DNA of 64,000 nt from Octopus vulgaris (Eukaryota), in NCBI GenBank assembly GCA_951406725.2, contig OX597832.1, forward strand, positions 8,060,001 to 8,124,000, written 5' to 3'. Below the pieces are notes generated by a model, which saw only the letters and a list, made by a program, of their open reading frames with translations, ran no database searches and was not told the DNA's origin. Position 1 is the first letter of the stretch, and every line of letters starts with the position of its first letter. The position numbers were made by a program, and so were the translations under genes. This document shows, one piece after another, positions 25,721 to 42,109 of the stretch.

Positions 25721-27050
25721 CCGTATTATTTTGTGTAAATTTCTTAGAGAATTAAAAATTATATATGTTTGAAAAGAAAGAAGGAATTTTCTTCTGAGAA
25801 CGGGCGTCAAGGGCAAAAATTTCAAAAAAGGCATTCAAAAGCATACATGCTCACACTCACTCATTTTCACACACAATAACAAGCTTTCAGGCACACACAC
25901 ACAAACACAAACACACACACCACAGACGCATGCACCACACACTAAATACAGACATATTTTTTATATGTCAATGCTGCTTCATCCAATTCAATGACGGCCA
26001 TTTGCCTCTTCATTTGTGGCTATTTTATTTACTCTGCATTACAAACCCCAATGCACAGCATTAGACTCTCAGACGGGATGTATATACGTTGGTTCAATGA
26101 CGAGATATTCACAGCATGCTAACCTCTTTCAATGCTTCACCAGTTACAGCTAGATGCAGTCATCCCCATAGCTTTAATACACCCCCAACTGTATGATGTC
26201 AAAACGAACAGCTATGACAGATGCGCTCGATTTAACGTGATTTGATGCTGCATCTCAACGAAATTACTTGAACTGCTCTTTCACCCTCCAGCCAGGCACC
26301 CACCTGTTGATGTAGCTGGCGATAGATAATAATTACCTTACGCACACACAAGCACACATACATACTCACGCACAAACACACATACACAAACATGAACACT
26401 CATAAACTATCGGTTTTGTTGATCAAATATGTCACGTGTGCATTCTATAATTGGATCGTTGCTGGTGTGTGAAAGGCAACATCGAATATTCTCAAAAATG
26501 TCCCTTTTCTTTCCCGCATAGCGTGGTATTTTTCTATTTTCTTTATGAGAAATACATATATTGTAATAACTGGCTCTATACCCTAGCTTACTGAACTCTC
26601 GTCCTGTTGCCACAAATGGGACTCGTGCTTAATGTTAAGTCATTAGCTCTTAAAAACTGCCTCATAAAGTTTGGTCAAATTTTAGACGACATCGAAACTT
26701 CTAACATCCATCACGCTGGAGTTGTACACGTATGAACCATTTTGGAATTCATGATGTGACTAATAGTGACCATCAACAATGAACATTATGTATGATCCAT
26801 TACCAATCAACAATTATTAGCAGTTATAGATGACTTGCCAAATCAATATTTAAACGGCGGAACAATCAGGCGTGATTTCCTTGCTTCTGAAAACAAAGTA
26901 AATGGAAATATTTAATCGTGAAGACGAGCTGAGTTTACTTTTCTTTCGATTACATATCTATTTGCATGTATAAGTATTTGCATATATAAATATGTATGTT
27001 TCTATGTATACATTTGTGTGTGTATGTGATTATGTCTGTTTCAGTATATA

Positions 27051-27933
27051 CGAGGGGTTTCCCCAAAAAAACCGGGATTTTGCAATGTTATTTTATTTAC
27101 TTAATTTACATGTCTACACTTTTTCTTGCCTTCAATGTAATCTCCATTTGAAGTAATGCATCTGTCCAGGCGCGTTTTCCACTATGGGAAGCAGTGCTGG
27201 AAGTGATGCCTTTTAACGCCTCCGTCGAATTTTTTTCTTCACCTCTTCCACATCTGCTAGTTCTGTAGCATCAGATTTCGACACCATTGATGACCTTCGA
27301 AAAAAGTTCCGGGTCAATTTCCAACTGTTATTTCAGTTCACGACAAGCATTCAGTCGTAACTTCTTCTGATATTCCGTGAGTAAGCGAGACACACATTTT
27401 ACTGCAACACTCGCAATTCCTCGCACAAGATTCGTTGGCAGGAGCACCAGGACACACCAGTCATATCAAGTTTGTCAACTGTTTGGTAACGGTATTCCAA
27501 GATCAGTTCATGAATTTTCGTGATGCTTTCATTCGTTCGGAAGGCCAATGGTTTCGCTGAACGAGGTTAGTCCTCAAACATCAAGTGACAACACCTAAAG
27601 CGTGAAAAGCACTCGTAAACTTGTGCTTTGCTCATGGCAGCGGTTTTGTTAGCTTTCTGAAGTATGTCAACTGTTTCGGAGGCGGTTTTCCCCCAACAGA
27701 AAACAGAATTTTACGGAAGCAAGCTATTCCGTCGTTTCAGCCATCGCAAAAATCGACGAACAGGAGTGAAGCACTACAAAGCAAAGACGCACGACGTGGC
27801 AATATGACCCCACTGGACAATGCCAGTCGGCAGAATGATGCCCGAGGATTGTATCAAGTGTCTTCTAGCGGCGGAAGCCTGAACTACAACGCGCTTGTCC
27901 CACAGAGAACGTTTACGGCTACTTTTTGTTACT

Positions 27934-27935
<2 letters not shown>
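27051..27935 (-). mobile_element. Mariner element, internally deleted
   Basis: TA|CGAGGGG terminus at 27051. The C-terminal FQHCFP*WKTRLDRCITSNGDYIEG is joined to an N-terminal part homologous to 22270-22800. Confidence 0.85.
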
Positions 27936-27968
<33 letters not shown>

Positions 27969-28094
27969 GGGGGGGTGCGTGTGTGTGTGTGAGTGGGTGG
28001 GTTTGAGTGAGTGTATGTATGTGTGTGGATATTGAGAAGAAAACAATTAAATTGAAGAAAAATATTAAATGAAATATTTCTTAAATATTTCCAT

Positions 28095-28128
<34 letters not shown>

Positions 28129-28519
28129 CTTTTTTGAAGGCTCGTAGCTTTGTGAAGGCGGATCTGAAAAACTGTACTGGCTCTTCTAATGTTTGATGGT
28201 TCAAGCAGCAGCAGCCGAAGAAAGAGGAGGCGAAGGAAGAGGGGAAGAAAAAGAAGAAGTGGAAGAAAACAAAGGAGAAGGAGAAAAAATAAAAGGACAG
28301 GAGTGATATTACCCAGTTGTAGAAGCTGTCCGTGGAATATACTTTAATGGTCAAATAGCGTTAAATTGATCTGTTGTGGTTGTAGTAGCAGTCGTAGTAC
28401 GAACTGTTCTAAATAAATTCATGGGTACCGACTACACTTAATATATTTTTCGTTTTTAATATTTCTGTGGGTATTATTCTGAGATCCCTGTAGCAGTATC
28501 ATCTGTGGTGGAAGCATTC

Positions 28520-28990
28520 AAAAGAGTTTTATATTCTGCGATGAAATATGGTTCTTTGTTAATACATTGATTATAGTCTACGTTGTCCCTAAATTTACTG
28601 AGGGTTCTTTATTAGTGGCACAAATGTCGATATGTTCCCTCAATATTAATTTTCTGTATTCCAGTATTTTGATCTGGAATCTATGTACGGTCATCTTCTG
28701 GCGTAGATTGTTTTTAGTTTGACCAGTGTATTGCTCTCGACACCCTGAGTAAGGTAACACACATATCAGGTTTTCCGCAGTACTTGTGATGCTTTTCACT
28801 GTAAAACATTGATCGTGTTTGATGGAAAACTCCAATCGCTCAATTAGCTTGATGCATACATAACATGTAGGTCTTCCGTAATTTTTGCTGTCGGTTTCAG
28901 TGTTATTGACGAGTGTACTTGGGTTTGTTTTACAATACCTTTCATTGTCTTGAGCTTTCTTTTACTTTTTATGATGGTGGGCGTTTGGAG
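28520..28990 (-). mobile_element. Penelope-like element GIY-YIG endonuclease fragment
   Basis: GRPTCYVC..FTVKSITSTAENLICVLPYSGCREQYTGQTKNNLRQKMTVHRFQIK..EHIDIC: a Cys linker followed by a degenerate GIY-YIG. Confidence 0.8.
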
Positions 28991-31189
28991 GAATTGATTC
29001 TTATATAAAAAGACATATATATATATATTATATTAGTATGTATGTATATATGTATTGTGAAGGCCATGACCCAAATTTAAAAAATGCGGGACGACACAAC
29101 AGCGTGAAGCTTTAACATGTATTGCACTCTATTAAAGGTTAGGAGCGGAATGGAAACCGTCTAGAAGTTTTGGCGGTGAGACAGTCATCAGAAAAAAAAA
29201 ATCATAGAAATAGAAGAAAAGTAAAGTAGGAGTGTGAAAGACGGAACAAATATGCGTTTGGGATTAAGTTTCAGGTGGAAATGCACCGGTATGGAGTTAA
29301 GAACGGAGTAATCTTTCATTAGAGATCATCCTTTGGCCACCTGTATTGAATGTATTAATCTGAAACTTTAGAGATTCCATGCCGTTTACTTTAACTCTAT
29401 TCATGGCAAAGACTTAACACATGAAGTATTTGATAGAGGCGTCGACTGGCATGGTGTAATGGGTATCATAGGATAGTAGATTTCGTGTATTTTATTGGCT
29501 TCACACAAACTTTCCATGAATGTCTCATTAGGTTGTGACTGTATGTTTCTTGCGTTATTTGGAATTCCATTATTCCTGTAATCAATTCATTTTCCGCAGT
29601 TGGAACATGTCAACTCGACATTAATAAATCGCAGATATGGTTATGCCTTAATCAATGACAGAAGTAAATAATGCGTTACGATATTCAAGTTCGATATGAA
29701 CGGCTTTATGTCGAAATCCATTAGTCCATCATATAAATCAGTATCGGATAAAATATACCTGCTGAGAGCACCGTTTCTGAAAACATGGGTTCCGTGCCTT
29801 TATATTTATATATAAGGTAACTTATATATAAACCTCTTGTGTATAAATCAGTGACGCCAAGTCTAACAGAATACAACGTCTTACTGTTAGAAAGCTGGTT
29901 ATCCTGCCTACCTAGGCAATAGAAGTAAAATAAATCAATATTAACCAATAGCATTTCCCTGACAACTATATACAATGAAATTAGAAATTAGAAGTAAAGG
30001 AAAAACGGAGATGTAAGTTGCTTACTGATGCTTTTCGGTAAACCTTTGTTATATCATCAGAAGAAAATATAATTAGTTACAGGCTTTGAAAAGTACAGAA
30101 AAAATAACATTACCTTTTCATCAACACGATAAAAAGGTTTACGGTAGTGATGAAGAAAATCACGACAATGGATGATATCTATCGATTAATACTCCAGTGT
30201 GGTGCTGAAAAGCCAAACTAATAGAATGCTAAATGATTGCTTCTGGAGTGCTTCCCTTCCTGTAGTTAAAAGCAAAGAAAAAAGGCTGTAATATAAGTAG
30301 TTGTGTCTTATTCAACTTGAAAGCCAGCACAGAGTGTGATTGATGTTTGTGAGTAAGAAGCTCGAATACAATGTGGGAATGTTAAGGATAATCTGTTTAC
30401 TGAGAAATTGATATCATCTAAGACCCAATGGTGTAGATATCAGCGGATCTTGCAGGTTTCTAATATCGAAAAAGTTTTCAATATTAGAATTCATTCTCAC
30501 TGCTATAGTACGCTTCATGCAAAATGTCTCCTTGCGTATGCTCTAGAAACCTCATCAGTGTTATATACATACATACCTACATGCATATTCACATACATAT
30601 CTACACTCTTACATATACAGACACACACAAATACAAGCACACGAACACACACACAGAAATACAGACATTCAGACAAACATAAACACACGCACACACACAC
30701 ATACGTTATGTAGATAGGTTTAAAATCCAGGCTGTATCCTCTTGAAGAATGCTTGTTGAGTTCAGTATTCAAAATCTGTATATAGATGCTATATTTGTGT
30801 GATACATGAGATATGCGTAAGAGGTGAAAATACTGGAAAATATTTTCTCAAGAATAACAATATCAAGGAGGTGATTGGGAAGTTTTGGGGAAGGATTTAA
30901 AATTATACATGTTATAGGAAAAGCATGTAAGATATCTCCAATTAGAAATTCTTCAGGCAGAAAAATGATATAAATACGCACACACACACAACCCTGGTAT
31001 ATATGTATGTATAGATGCAGATATACATATAGAAATACTATGTAAACTGCAAATTCGTTGAGTTTTGTTTTCCAAATGAAATAAATACACCATCAATGCT
31101 TCGGTGCAGCAATTCATACTTGAAGCAAATCCCAGTTTCAATAAAACGAAGTGTGCGTTCGCGCGGTTGTACGAACGTACCTATGTGTG

Positions 31190-31235
<46 letters not shown>

Positions 31236-31249
31236 CTATATATATTCTG

Positions 31250-32935
<1,686 letters not shown>

Positions 32936-33770
32936 CATAACTTAAACAGGATGGCTTATTAGCAATTCGAACCTAAAGGCAAATGTTACAGAGGTCAACA
33001 AAAAATGACAGAAGGTGCTGGCTAGCACCGCTTATGCTAATATAAGAGGTGAATTACCTCTAAATCTACTAAAGAACTATATTAATGGCTGACAAAGGGA
33101 GGTAAGTCCCTAACGTACATAGCCGTATAGCAATTTCGAATTTTGGCGTAGAACACCTTTGTTCTTAGCAGCGGCTCTTAGCGCCTACGGTTAAATTCAC
33201 TTTCTGCCAATCATATAAGAAACACCATTCTGTGTGTGTGTGCGTGTGTTTATGTGTATTTAGGGGGGTTTCACATTAAATACGAAGTTCTTGAGTTCCT
33301 GGTCCCTCGATAATTATAAGTTCTCATCCTCAACGAAGAACATGTTTCGACATTAATCTAAATGCGTTTCTATTTTGTCACTCCTCGTAATGCCGCTTGG
33401 TACGTTTCTTCTAAACATCTTCAAAGACGCACATCAGAGCAAACGTCAAAGTAAACGATTGGCTCGAATTATTGGTTTCCCAGTTTCATCCCCCGGAACC
33501 GGCATAAAATAGACCGGATCTATCTTGCAATAATACTTTGGGATAAATAAAGGTAACATGAAAATCCGTTCATTGAATTTTTTATCAATGGAAGTTGTTT
33601 TAAAAAGCAACGAAGTAATTCTTCAGGGGTTTTCTCTGAAAGCAAGTTTGTGCATCTTGTACGAAGGGTCCATGAAGGTATGATAGTTCGAAGTTTTGGT
33701 GAAGAAGTGAAATCACAGGTTTTAACTATAAAACAAAAGACTGACACACACTGAAACACACACAGAGATA

Positions 33771-34160
33771 GGCGCAGGAGTGGCTGTGTGGTAAGTAGCT
33801 TGCTTACCAACCACATGGTTCTGGGTTCAGTCCCACTGCATGGCACCTTGGGCAAGTGTCTTCTACTATAGCCTCGGGCCGACCAAAGCCTTGTGAGTGA
33901 ATTTGGTAGACGGAAACTGAAAGAAGCTCGTCGTATATATGTATATATATGTGCGTTTTTGTGTCTGTGCTTGTCCCCCTAGCATTGCTTGACAACTGAT
34001 GCTGGTGTGTTTATGTCCCCGTTACTTAGCGGTTCGGTAAAAGAGACCGATAGAATAAGTACTGGGCTTACAAAGAATAAGTCCCGGGGTCGAGTTGCTC
34101 GATTAAAGGCGGTGCTCCAGCATGGCCGCAGTCAAATGATTGAAACAAGTAAAAGAGTAT
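33771..34160 (+). mobile_element. SINE family A, full length (tRNA-derived)
   Basis: A box TGGCTGTGTGG, B box GGTTCAGTCCC, caccttgggcaagtg body, internal (TA)/(TG) tract, and a tail essentially identical to 1-120. Confidence 0.93.
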
Positions 34161-37100
34161 ACACGCACGCGCACGCGCACACAAACACACACACACACAC
34201 GCAATAAATGTACAAACAAATGGAAACAGACACATGTCCCCAAATCCTCATCAGTTATCGGCCAGAGGGTCATGCGCAAGCCTCCGGGAGATGAAGAGCC
34301 AAACAAAGAAACAGACATCAACAAACAAGAAATATAAAACTAAGTAATGTTAACCCTGGCAAATTTTCTGAAAGCATTAACGGAGTCCTTTCCACGCTGA
34401 CCGTCAATTCAAGAGGTCGTATTTTCTCTCGTCATGTTTCAGTCTCCCTCTGTCAATCCTTTAGTATACTTTCCCGACGTCTTCTGTCTCCTATCAGGCC
34501 CTAAGATCGCGTTCTATTATCTCATATTGTCTTACACTAATGTCATACGTGTATGTTCACTTCCTGCTTAGTTGTACAGATAATGTTTTTTTTTTGTTTC
34601 TTCATCTTTTGTCAGGTTTGGTAGCTTCTTTGGCTCACAATTTCTGGCTGGCTACTGGCCTCCGGCGCCACCAGAGGAGAACAATATTATCGTTGAAGGC
34701 GGGATATGGTGACCCACATTAGTTCTCGGTTTGTTTGAACATTTTTGATACAAAACCACATACTGACATCTTCATATCTTTCTAACCTTATGATTTAAGG
34801 TCTAAGGAGGATAGATCTCTTATCTTTGTACTTTTAGTGTTTGCAATTTCGTTTTCTGTTTTCTGTTTTTTCCTTTCTGCGTTTTCTAACTGCTGCTTTC
34901 TCAGTTTTTTTCGCATTTTTCTTCTACTATTCAATTCTTTTAGTTCGTTATGATATGTGGTTTGTGCCTGAAGAATATGTTTGAATGTTTCTCAACATAT
35001 GGAACTATTAGTTGCATTTAAAGACATTTATTGTGCACACAAATATAATCATAGGTGCAAGCATTCAAATACTTATATACCTATATACATATGAACGTGC
35101 GTTTATGTGTGTGTATCTCGATTCATTTATTCAGGTGAGGAAAAGACATTCCTGTCAACAATTACCTACCCTTAGAACTATCAATGAGGACATTTTAAAA
35201 CTAAATGTTGACTTCTCCATTATTATGAATGCAATAAAATTGTAATAGCAGAGTAAATATATCTTTAAAACCATTTACTGCATTTAACTTTCGTTCCTTC
35301 AGTTTCTGAGAGCAAATGACGTAATGATGTGCCACTCGATGTAGACGTCCTCAGCGCAAATCAATGAAATAAGTATCTGAATACAAATCATTAAGATGGA
35401 TTCGTTGACCTTTTTATCTTATTTTTGTTTTGTATTTTAAACTTGTATCGTTTGATGACAAATTCAACGTCAGTCACTTGACTCTCGACAACCGCAAATA
35501 TCCTTTAATGTGCGACTTCAAACAAAACGATTCGAACACTGAAGAGACTTGATTTTTATTTTATATAACAAATTAGAGGATTTAATCTTTAAACTAAACT
35601 TGTTTATTTTCAGTTATATTGTGTTATGTCAAACTTTTTGAACAATGGCCTCGTAGATTTTCTACTAAGCAATCATTACAATTTCTAACAGAGAGAGAAT
35701 CTCCGGGGAAAAAACAACATTGCAAAACAAACTATTTTTTTCGTAAAGAGCAGAATTGAAATCCTAGTTTTAATTTTCTCTCATATTCATCTGGATATGA
35801 TTTAAACAATCTCTCTTTTACTCGCATACACACACAATATACAAGTAACTCTATGTGTATATACATATGTGTGTGCGGATCTGTGCGCTTGCGTGTGTGC
35901 TTGTATGCATTTACATAAATATGTATATGTGGTTGGGGAAATTATCTATATACAAACATTGTTTATGTCTTGTGAACCATAAAACGAAACAAAAAACAAA
36001 AACTTTTTGTAGAAAGAATGCCGTGACCTGAATTTCATGCACATGTTTACACGGTTTCTTGCACTTTCTACTGAACCCTGAATTCACAAAATACCCCTAT
36101 CAGACCAATCAAAATCTGTTCACAAAAGCTTTCTACCAAACTGCTCACTATATACAGGTACTTTCCTCCTACCCTAGTCTAATCCCCTCCCAATGCATCT
36201 ACGTCCAACCCGTATCTACAACAGATTTTATTATCATTTCACAAAATCTCACTTGCTACCAACACAGAGCGTGGCAAAGGCTATATAAAGCTCAAAAGAA
36301 CCCGGGTGCAGCACAGTCTCACCAAGGGGAACAATCCCATAATTCGAAGCAACTTCAAAACTTGTAAATATTTAATAAACATATTCTGTTCAAAAGTATT
36401 GAGTAATCCTTCAATTTAATATTAATTTTTTTATATAATTTGACAAAACGTTTTTATCAAGCACATTGGATTAGTCATTGCACACAGGTGGAATATCAAA
36501 ATTATTATTGCCGGAGTGAATGTTTAACAGAAGTAGTCTATAAATGAAGATGCCATGATATGAGCTGATAATACAATTCGTGTGTTGTGATTCACTGGTT
36601 ATGTAAATATTTCTTTATCCTTATATATATTAAGCACACCACCACAGCCTCCGTCAACAAAATTTCTCGCATAAATTATTGCTTCGGCCTGGATATTGTA
36701 GAAGACATTTGCCTAAAATGTTGTAAATTCTAATTCAGCCACTTTCCACAAGATTGCGAAGTGACTTACTTAAACACAGAGATGTGCATACGCATAGTGA
36801 TGGAATGATGGAATTCTGAACGTGTTAATCTATTTTCGAATTTTGAATTCTTTCTAAATTAACATCACGCTTGAATCGATAGGAGAGATTACAGTAATTA
36901 ATAAACGTGTAAAATTTTGTATATAATTTGTGAGGAATATGAATATAATTTTTACAACTACTAACTTCATTTTTGGAGATGAACACAGTTTGTCTTTTGC
37001 CTAAGATGAAAATATATTATTGAAATGTATTTTAGCAATCGTTAGCAAGGGACTGTCGTGATAGATTAGAATGGCGTCGCGCAAAATATTTTCCATAATT

Positions 37101-37898
37101 AGTTACCGCTGTTTACGTTCAGTCTCCAAGTCCCCATAGATTTCACTGTTATTATCCTTTCTTGATCGTGACAATGATGTACAAGAAAAAACGTACTGGA
37201 AAATTAAATACCTTGCTGGGTTTAATCGATAACATTCCTCACCCAAATGGTACGACTTTGTGTAATTGTCGGAAATCAGTATTCACAAATACACTAATAT
37301 TCGATCCATTTGATCTTTTATCATCATTATCAGGGCCGTGAATACTGAATGTTGTTGGTTTTGTTCGAAGAAGAAACTTTTACTTCTACCCTGAAGTTAA
37401 TATCAGTATCTGTCAAAATGCTTATTTCTAAAATTGGTACAACATTACGCCCTTTGAGAAAAGTATGGCAGCATATAGCCTTTTAATTAGACCCCAGTAT
37501 CTCTTTATCATGTACTTGTAACTATCACGCAATAATGAAAGCTAAAGTCGACCAGCATATGATTTGAAGTTACGCAAATGCAAATTGTACTTCTGTTATA
37601 GGGACAAATCATATAACAACAATTGAAGGATGGATTAATTGCAAAAAAAAAATAAATAATAATAATAAATAAAGTATTGGACGGGATTAGAATCTAGAAC
37701 ATAAAATGTCGGAGTTTCGTAAAACAAGGAAATTTACCCACACTCAAATATCTTTAGCAAACCACCTCCTGTGTGTAAATGTAAAGTAATAGAATCATGT
37801 TACATCTCTAAAGACGAAGGGTCAGTTAATACTGGATTTGATCTGATAAGATTAATTCGGCCTCTAAAAGGGCAATTATTATGTGAGAATAAAGTGAG

Positions 37899-38110
37899 GA
37901 GATGAGCTGGCAGAGTCGTTAGTACGTTGGGTAAAATGCTTAGCGGGATTTCGTCCGTGTTTACGTTCTGAGTTCAAATTCCGCCGTGGTCGACTTTGCC
38001 TTTCATCCTTTCGGGATTGATTAAATAAGTACCAGTTACGCACTGGGGTTGATGCAATCGACTTACACCCTCCCACTAAATTTCAGTCCTCGTGCCTATA
38101 GTAGAAGGGA
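37899..38110 (+). mobile_element. SINE family C copy
   Basis: gagctggcagagtcgttag...gagttcaaattccgccg...gcctttcatcctttcggg...taagtaccagttacgcactgggg. Confidence 0.88.
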
Positions 38111-38522
38111 TTATGTGAGAATAAAGTCGAAACAGCTACATTGATAAACGTGATAAACCTTGCCCGTTATTCTATCAACGTAGATAACCAGTGGATTGCA
38201 TCACATGAGTAGTATTATCAGCTCATATCATACCATCTTCTCTTCATTTAGAGACTAATCCTGTTAAACATTCACTCCGGCAATCAGCAATAATAATTTT
38301 AATATTCCACCAGTGTGTAATGAATAATCCAATGGGCTTGATACAAATTTCAGATGTAATAAAAAATTGTTATCAGTTGACCTTTCGCTACAAATGCTCT
38401 AAAAATGATTGTTTTAATATCTGTCTGTTCTGAGTGCAAATCATATTAGTATGTAAAAGGCAACCGCCCCAATTTTTTTTCATGAGGTTACATTTTATGA
38501 GTCGGTAGGCTCATTTAAATTG

Positions 38523-38645
<123 letters not shown>

Positions 38646-40374
38646 CTCTAACATTAGAGCCTAGGCTCTTCTACAGAAAGAATAGATGAAGAGAGGAGAA
38701 ACGTAGCAGCGCAAAGAAAATGTTTTTCAGATAGAGAGAGAGAAAGAAAGAGAGAGAGAAAAAAAGAGAGGGAGACAGAGAGAAAGAGAAAGAGACAGAG
38801 AGAGAGAAAGCGAGATTGATGCATCGGATTTGAATTTGCACTTTATTTTGCAAAACTGCTGGCGTTATAAATGGTAGCAACGTATCGATGTATGAATGAA
38901 CTGTAGTGCCGAAGAAAGATACGAACAACAAGAATGGCTGTCTTGCCAACCTATCAATTTTGCCACGATGTTTCACAATATTAAAAAAGCAAGCTTTTAC
39001 TTCATATTCCGGTAAAATTTATAAATTCACTTTTTTCAACACTTATTGGCCTCGAGCAATAGTTCAAATCTGATCAGTCCGATGAGAAAGAAATGTTGAC
39101 ACTGTGCCATAATGCTATTCACAAAAATGAAGTGAAAGAAAAGTTATTCAAAGTTGACAAATATGCTCGATTATTCAGCAGATTACTTCCTACACATCAA
39201 CAGAATCGTCATTATATATTACAACTACAAGTTATTCCAGCCATGACACATAAAAAGTCTCACATTATACACTTTGGGACCCGGAGCAATATTTCATTGC
39301 GATAATCTACGATATTGCTTTATCACTTGGTTCTATTCATACGTATTCTTAGAAAGAATTCATGCCATCCATCATATCTCCATAGAATCATTGCTTGCAT
39401 GTTCTCAGTGTAAAATATATTGTTATTTCCCAAGATAACCGCATGAACGCATAAAATCATTTTCCTGAATACGAATTGTACAAATAGTTTGTCTTATCTA
39501 ATGCGCTGTTGTGTCATTGATTTCCATTAGATTTTTGGCATAACACAAAAAGTCTCATATTTTAGAAGAAAGAAAAAAGAATTAGAGAAAGCACGTTGTT
39601 GATATCTTTACAAAATACCTGAAATATACGGGTGAAGGGAAAATGCTTGAATTGGAAATTGAAACCGTTGTGTTGGACTAAGGTTGTTCAAATTATTCAT
39701 TTTTTTTACAGTTGTGGTGTCACATCCCCTGATAATATTGCTATGAGTTAACTGTTTATTCTAGAGTTATAGCGTTTTTAATCTGGTTTTTCAATATCTA
39801 CAGAGCGGTTTCTTTTGATTTATTCTGCAGTTTTTAAAACTGACGTTCTCTCTCTTCTCTCTCTCTCTAAACTTTTCAACACCACTTTAGTATTTAGCCA
39901 TCAATTTTACCATTGCAGTAATCGAAGACGTTCGAGAATCTTGGCATTCTAAGAGGTATTGCTGACAATGTAGTAGCTAGACCCTTCGTTTTACGTAGCG
40001 TTGCAGTGATCAACCATGTTTACTCTCGCCCTGTTAAATCCCTTCTAAATTCCGCTGTACTGGTGTGGTACTATTTCAAACAAGTTTGCCGTATTGATTC
40101 TAAAACAAGTTATCCATTGTTATAAATACTTTGAATTTCTTTCGCTTGACCAGCATTTCCAACTAAGGTCACACTCATTTTACGCATAATTATATCCTAA
40201 GCTAAGTTATCCTGTGTACTCGACCAGGAATAAGACGATATACTGGACATGAAGGAAACATAATTCCCATTTATAGTATATTCTTTTGAAACCGTTATCT
40301 TTAGCTCTTCACTAGATATTTCTATCTTCGTATTTTCTGTCAATTACAGTTTGATTTATATATGGGTATGAATA

Positions 40375-40515
40375 AGTGTTTAAGAAGTTCACTTCCCAAC
40401 CACATGGCCCCCCTGAACAGTTTACACTGAGTGGCACCTTAGAACAGAGCTTTCTATGATAACCCTGAGTCGACCAAAGACTTCTGAGTGGATATGGCTG
40501 AGTGAAACTGGAAAA
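40375..40515 (+). mobile_element. SINE family A, diverged 5' fragment
   Basis: taagaagttcacttcccaaccacatgg...ggcacctt...gaccaaagacttctgagtggat. Confidence 0.65.
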
Positions 40516-40622
40516 AGTTCTCCCTCTCTAGTTCTGTCACTCACACACACTATCTCTATTACTATCTCCCTCTCTCTCTCTTTCTATATCTATCTGCATA
40601 TGCACACACACATAAACACACG

Positions 40623-40676
<54 letters not shown>

Positions 40677-40737
40677 CACATATATAACAGCTTTGTTAGT
40701 AAAGAATATATGTATATATGAATATATATATATATAT

Positions 40738-41108
40738 AACGGGAAGCTTTATGAAAATAGACAAAAGACGAAGGCAGGTGGAAAACAAACGAACAATTGT
40801 ATTAGTATGGCGCTCAGGAAATATAAATAAAACAAGTCTTTAACGTTTCGAGCATACGCTCTTCAACAGAAAGATACGCAGAGCGAAAAAAAACACAGAA
40901 AGAAGGAGAGAAAAAAAATGCGTGCAGTAGCTAACGAATCAACATGGCGATCTGATTTCGGCCAGAGGTCAAAGATCAAACATGAGACGCGAGAGCGAAA
41001 TAAGGGGAGATAATAGGGTTGATAATAGGGTTGAATGACCAGCTAATAGTGCGTAGGAGGGGTCTGGACGTGTGTATGTATAGGGTTGGTGTATGTATTA
41101 GTATGTAT

Positions 41109-41143
<35 letters not shown>

Positions 41144-42070
41144 AGAGAGTATTAGTGCGTAGGATTGGTCTGGACGTGCGTATGTATGGGGTTGGTGTAT
41201 GTATTAGTATGTATTAGTATGTATTAGTACGTATTAGTATGTATAAGTGTGTGTGTGTGTGTATGAGAGAGTATAAGTGCGTATGAGGGGTCTGGACGTG
41301 TGTATGTATAGGGTTGGTGTATGTATTAGTATGTATTAGTATGTATTAGTACGTATTAGTATGTATTAGTTGGTGTATGTATTAGTATGGCACATCATAT
41401 ATGATGTGATGTGTAAAGTCGTGTGGTGTAGTGAGGAGAAGAGGGGGAGGGGGAGAGGAGGGAGATGGGGAGAGAAGGGGAGGCGAAGAAGAGGGGGAGG
41501 AGAGGGGGAAGAGGAGAGGATGGGGGAGATAGATGAGGGGGAGAAGGAAGGGGAGGAGGGAGAGGAAGGAGGAAAGAGGGAGAGGGGGAGAGAGAAGGGG
41601 AGATAGGGAGTGAGGGAGCAGAGGGAAGGGGAAGAGGGAAGGAGGGAGGGAGAAAGAGGGAAGAAGGGAAGGGGAGTAGGGGTGAAAGGATGAAGGACTG
41701 AAGAAGTAGGGGTCGGGGGGAAAGGATAGGTGAGGAGGGGGAGAGGGGGGTTAGATGAGGAGGGGAGGAGAGTTGAGACCAAATGTCGTATAAGAGCGAA
41801 GAGAGAAGATTAATTCCTGTTCACGGCGCAAACGGGAATCCGGATGGCCTCTGTGTAAGGACAAACCGAACACAGATAGGTGTTGCAAGGAGTGACCGGT
41901 GGAGCGGAAATGGCGTGAGACCGGTGTGTCGTTCGCAAGGTGGATGTCACGAAGGTGTTCCGCGAACCGGTCAGCCAAGCGGCGTCCCGTTTGTCCGATG
42001 TACAAGGAATTGCAGAGAGAGCAAGAGATGCAATAGATAATATTGCTGGAGGTGCAGGTGAAGGAGTGAT
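40738..42070 (-). mobile_element. Penelope-like element 3' end (GIY-YIG, low-complexity 3' region, pLTR-like end)
   Basis: Uninterrupted HSFTCTSSNIIYCISCSLCNSLYIGQTGRRLADRFAEHLRDI..PVSRHF..GHS..RLRREQELIFSLRSYTTFGLN (42069-41751), followed by a pyrimidine tract, tandem repeats and a hammerhead-like motif at 40836-40873. Confidence 0.9.
41047..41390. repeat. Three ~110-120-bp tandem units with (GTATTAGTAT)n sub-repeats
   Basis: agtgcgta..ggtctggacgtg.gtatgtat.gggttggtgtatgtattagtatg recurs at about 41048, 41154 and 41276. Confidence 0.9.
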
Positions 42071-42109
42071 ATATATATATATATATATATACATTATTAT
42101 TTTATTCTT

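Noticed and set aside
34590-34715. Polypyrimidine tract + AG at 34614-34615 followed by a GC-richer stretch (possible exon)
   Set aside because: No recognisable protein, weak donor site and no partner exons. The minus strand here looks more like decayed retroelement sequence.
41047-41390. Repeat-spacer-like array
   Set aside because: The 'spacers' are themselves microsatellites, with no cas genes and a eukaryotic context; a tandem repeat, not CRISPR.
41366-41782. 138-aa Pro/Ser/Leu-rich ORF and the opposite Glu/Gly/Arg-rich ORF
   Set aside because: Products of a low-complexity purine/pyrimidine tract within the PLE 3' region.
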